A stretch of DNA of 63,370 nt, counting the filler, from Hausera hauseri (lineage: Eukaryota): NCBI GenBank assembly GCA_046269625.1. It is 12 parts of 12 records of this genome, joined end to end, with 100 filler letters (N's around TTAATTAATTAA, not from the genome) between each part and the next. Parts side by side here need not be neighbours in the genome. Positions count along the whole stretch, not along the records: positions 58,981 to 63,370 come from JBJURY010605332.1; 11 more parts are not named here. One strand, given 5' to 3'. This document shows, piece by piece, positions 58,981-63,370 of the stretch. A program made the translations under genes and the position numbers. A model generated the notes under the pieces. It was not told the DNA's origin, searched no databases, and was given only the letters and a program-made list of their open reading frames with translations. How positions within the stretch are numbered: position 1 is the first letter of the stretch; every line of letters starts with the position of its first letter.

Positions 58981-61900
58981 AAATTTTCGGCTTTTTCATT
59001 TGGTTTGGGCAGTGTACAAAATATTAAGCGGTATCGGATAGCATTTATTCAACCAGATAATCCTTCTGCGTTTACATTACAAAACGAGTATATGTCTAGG
59101 TAATCTTGTTCAGAGAGTTCTAGATTTAAGTTTCGTTTCAAATGTTTAATCCATAGAATTTTAATTACCTTTTCTTCATTGCTTTTAACGCTTCTTCATC
59201 GAGCTTGTCTTTTAATACTATGATTTTGTAAGCTGTGATTCATGGGACGTAAATGTCACAATTACCCTGTCGTTTCATTTCCAGTCAAAACCATTCATAT
59301 AAAGTTAGTTATTAATTAATTACGCTGTGCATATCATGATCATCAACGTAATCATTTATACCAGGTACTTCGTTTTCAATTTCTTTTCTGATATGATTAA
59401 CTGGTAAGAGAGCTTTATCGCTTCGCAAAGTCTTGTTACGAAGTTTTGTTCGGCTTTGCTACCTCTAAATAAGGGTTCGTAATCCATGCTGGATCCGATT
59501 ACGAGCATTTTAACCGCATCGAATTCATGTCTTACGTTAAGTAAGTCCACTGATCGTATTTTTGTATCACTTGTAGTATAGTTGATAATTGTAATTCATG
59601 CATAATTATTAGCTCGTGTTTCCGATTTTCAAAGTTGATGGATTTTATTTCACATCTATAGTTCCAAGCTTTAGCTAATTTGTGCATATGGTTGTGCCAT
59701 AAATGCTTTAAACCAGATACATTCATGATTTTGTCAAATGTTCTCAATCCTAAGTTAGTTTGCTCGTTAGTTTTCTTAACGTTCTATAAAGGATCTGCCT
59801 TCGTGCAGTACTTCCTTAGAAAGTTGGGGTTAAAAACTGGTGATTAGTAGTAAGTTATCTCTCATGGGATGTGTGTTGGGATTATATCTTATTTCTTTCT
59901 GATATTTCTGGAAATATTTTTGTCCATTTCGAAGTAGAAAGATATCAGTTCTTTTCTGGTATGGTCAGGTGTTTCCCATAAGCAATTTGAGTATCGATTA
60001 CTTTCTTAGACGTCCGTGTTACTTCTTCAACAAAGTTGTATTCCTTTCTGTAACATTAATAGTGCCATTTTTCCGGCCAAATCAAATCGTCTAATTTCCT
60101 TTTTCCATTCTAGATGCGTTACATAAGCTTGACTGAGATTGTTAATCATCGTCAGTTTGTCAGGGGTTTGTTCGAGTATTGTTACGGAGATTCTGTTGTC
60201 TAATGAAAATTGGGCCTAACAATTGGCCACTATATACAGTTCATATTCTTCGGTTGACAAATCATGACGGTCTTTGCGAAGCTTGTTTATATTGCGAAGT
60301 ATTGTGACTATTTTGTTAGTAGTTAAATAGTGGTGTTCCGCTATTAATCCTACACCTTTTGCTATTAAAGCTATGATTATTTGTGTTCGTATGAGAGTGT
60401 GTCGAATGGAGAATAAATTTTCTCCTTTATATAATTCATAACTTCTTCGTTCTGTGCTACCAAATGCAGATAATGGCTATTCGGTTTTGGATTTTTAGCA
60501 TAAGTTTCGAGGTTTAATTGTAAAGAGCCGTCTAAATTTAACCATTCTGTTGTTTGATCAAATTTCTTAATAAAGATTTGGTTTTCTCGCTTATCTTCTT
60601 GCAGCCTTTTTCTTTCAAAACTTTCTAGTGATAGAGATGGGTTTCGGGATTCATTCGACTCTGTTTGTCTGCAACAGTATTCGCTCGTAGGATCAATATT
60701 TTCTTCATCACTATTGGGTAACAAGGACTTATTAATTAGTATTTCCTTCATTCTTGCTAATGTTGGACGTTTCATATATTTTGGTTTAAGAGTTTGAACT
60801 TCTTCAGTTTCCGTGTATCCTTCGGTTGGAGTAATCTCTTCGTCGCTGTTTGATTGTTCAGATTTCTTCATATGAAACATTAAGTTGACTAAGATTAATA
60901 ATAACTGCCATATAGGTGAGATTTTCTGATTAGTACTTGTTGTCGGAGGAGTAGCTTCAGCTGTTCCAAATCATATGAATTATATAGCAAGTAACATTAG
61001 TGCTGAGTAAGTAAATCCGTTGCTAAACTACTTTTTTCCTGATATCGGTTGTGTCGGTATCATTTTCCTTATGGGTACTAGGATTCGTAAATTCCTTCTC
61101 TACTATTTGTTCAGTTATTTTAATAGGTGTGGGTTCGTCTGGACTGATGTTATCGTCGGCCACTGTTTGACCGTTATTGACGTTGGACTGAGATGTTTCG
61201 TATTTTGTCTCAACTACCACTGATGGTTTATAATTATCATTTCATTCTATCATCGTGGGCATCGTCGCTATGCGGTATATCTTCGCGCTTTTCCATTTTT
61301 GATGATTCTCTATTATAGGGGATGCGTAGGACACGTTTCCCGAAGGCATATATATAGCTTTATCTCCATATACTATAGTTTCTTCGTAGGTTAGCCGGTA
61401 TTTTCTTATTAGTGGGTCGAGCGACCGAACGCAACGTATTATCTGTAATGTAGAATGTGTTTCTATCCGTGCTTTTAATAGCAGTTCATGTTTTGAACAT
61501 ATGGGTTCGTTGCTTGGTATCCCGATCGCATCGTTCCAAATTCCTATCACAATATTGGTAGGTTGTAGCCATATATGTTGTATAGGTATTTCTATTAGAA
61601 TTCGTCGACGTAGGTAAAAACCTTCATAGTATACTTCGGCTTGAAAGTCACTCACTGGGCAAGATAGTAAACTATTAATTGGGATTTTATAAGAGGTTTA
61701 TAAGATGCTAGCTATTAGAAGTAATTGGTATTTATAATCTGATTCCTTAAAATTTATTCCGGTTTCTTGTTTTAGTCGATCAAAATATAGTCCGTATAAA
61801 ATAATGTATATTTTTATGAAATCTTTTCGATCTTTGTTTGGTAATTCATCTATACTACCCAGTAACAATATGCAATTAATGTTACCTTTGGCCCATTCAC

Positions 61901-63370
61901 GAGGGGTCTCTCCGAATATACGAAGTGTGGTGCTAGGTTGGTTATTATTAGATTTAATATCGTCTATCTATTGTTCGGTTCTATTTGCTATGTGGCGTAG
62001 CTTTTTTATGGTGCTTGAGATAGCTTGGTCCTGGGTGCATATTTTCAGTGAGTTGACGATGAAACGATGTAATGGCTGATACACTAATCTATGCACTACG
62101 CGATCTACTTCCTCTAGGGCCGACGGGAGGCTTCTTGTATCTATACTTATGATATTTATTATCCTGAAGTACGGAACTATCTGGTTAGCCATTGTATAAT
62201 TGTATTCTCCTACGAGATTTATTATGTTTGCAATGGTGGCTAGAATTGTCTCAGTTTCGGGTGTTGTCGCTGGTCTAATAAACTTAAGATCCTCCTGTAT
62301 TGCTTCTATTAAATCTGACGCAGTTACCCATTTAGTTCTATATCGTTCCCATTCGTTTTCGTTCCTGTTTATTTCATCTATAACTCCTTGTATTGGTTCA
62401 GGTAATTCTTTCCACTTTTCAGTATCATTATAACCTTCCTGAAATATCTTTTAGGACAGTAATATTTATGTTTCTTTGGAGGAAGGTAATGTTCAAATTC
62501 CGTAGTTTTCCAGCCTCTAAATTGGTTTGGGTATGGCATCTTCATCTTTATATGAGAAAAACAGTTGTGTTTTACCTTTCCTTTTTGATATTTTCTCACT
62601 AATCTAATTAGGTTTGAGTAATTGTCGTTATGTGTCGCCTGTTCGTAATCTGTTTTTTTCAACAGCCGTTCTACAGACGAATAATCTGATGAATCTTTTC
62701 GGATAAACTTTGGCATGTATATGTAATCCAACATTTCATTCTCTAGTTCTCCGTCGCTTCTCGGAGATTCAGTCATATTTAATGTGTTTGGTATAGTAAT
62801 TTGGAATGAAAATTTTTTATTCTCACTAGTGATTTTATCACGAATGAATTCTTCGCATTCTCTTTTAAAAGGCTTGGCTATCGCCTGGTGGTCACTCAAC
62901 ATACAAAATAGTAGTCGATATCGTAAAGCATTCAGATAGCCACATGGTACTCTAATGTTTACTTGATCCAGTTGATCAATTTCTTCGATGACTTCTTTAG
63001 TTAGAGATGTATCTTTGTCTCTATATAAATAGTTATTCCATAATACTCCAGCTTCTTCTATTTCCATGTTCTCTATTTCATCTTTTCCTGTTTCATTTTT
63101 TATCGTCATTAGTATGTAAAATGACGATATCATTAGTATATCGTCATTAGTATATCATTAGTATGTATCATTATGATATGTTGTTGATCATCAGTGAGTT
63201 GGTTACTTTTTCATCCACTAGCTCTTTACCATAATTTTTTAACAGTTCAGTGATTCTTTCCCCTAACTTCTCAGCTCTTTCTTGAGATACGTAAATGTTG
63301 CACAAGGGAGATGTTTGTTGTAATAGAGCAAGTATATTTACAACAGGGATTCGTGGTACTTTTTCTCTTA
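58981..63370 (-). pseudogene. Degenerate long unidirectional orphan ORF region, probably retroelement accessory polyprotein
   Basis: Same-strand ORF fragments across the contig, hydrophobic segments near 60880-61020, weak motif similarity to 453-1035(+). Confidence 0.4.

Overview
This is not one contiguous locus. It is 12 short contigs/scaffolds from an AT-rich eukaryotic (animal-like) assembly, joined by artificial N-TTAATTAATTAA-N linkers, so only within-contig neighbourhoods are meaningful. Host genes: an intronless YTHDF-type m6A reader, the 3' exons of PICK1 (46-47 nt introns, not visible in the ORF track) and an intronless class I PI3K catalytic subunit with an altered catalytic loop. 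Most of the rest is mobile DNA: (i) Polinton/Maverick (adintovirus-like) pieces, namely two different degenerate pPolBs and a capsid/integrase/ATPase module with two penton-like genes and a TBP-like gene; (ii) Tc1/mariner and hAT-like remnants; (iii) a tandem pair of bacterial-type AAA-ATPase/PD-(D/E)XK-like genes whose catalytic motifs are altered; (iv) pieces of unusually large Ty3/Gypsy LTR retroelements. The best candidate for an undescribed system is the Gypsy accessory cassette. A family of type I membrane proteins built from divergent Cys-containing FN3-like repeats (seen in 4 contigs) sits in the env position. It is followed either by a catalytically degenerate ISG20/REXO4-like DEDDh exonuclease (2 divergent elements, one also with a RING finger) or by ankyrin repeats, the latter apparently within one polyprotein. 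A shared LTR end links one cassette to a gag that carries a ~2.6 kb insertion before the protease. All homology calls are by eye from motifs, and coordinates of degenerate ORFs are approximate.
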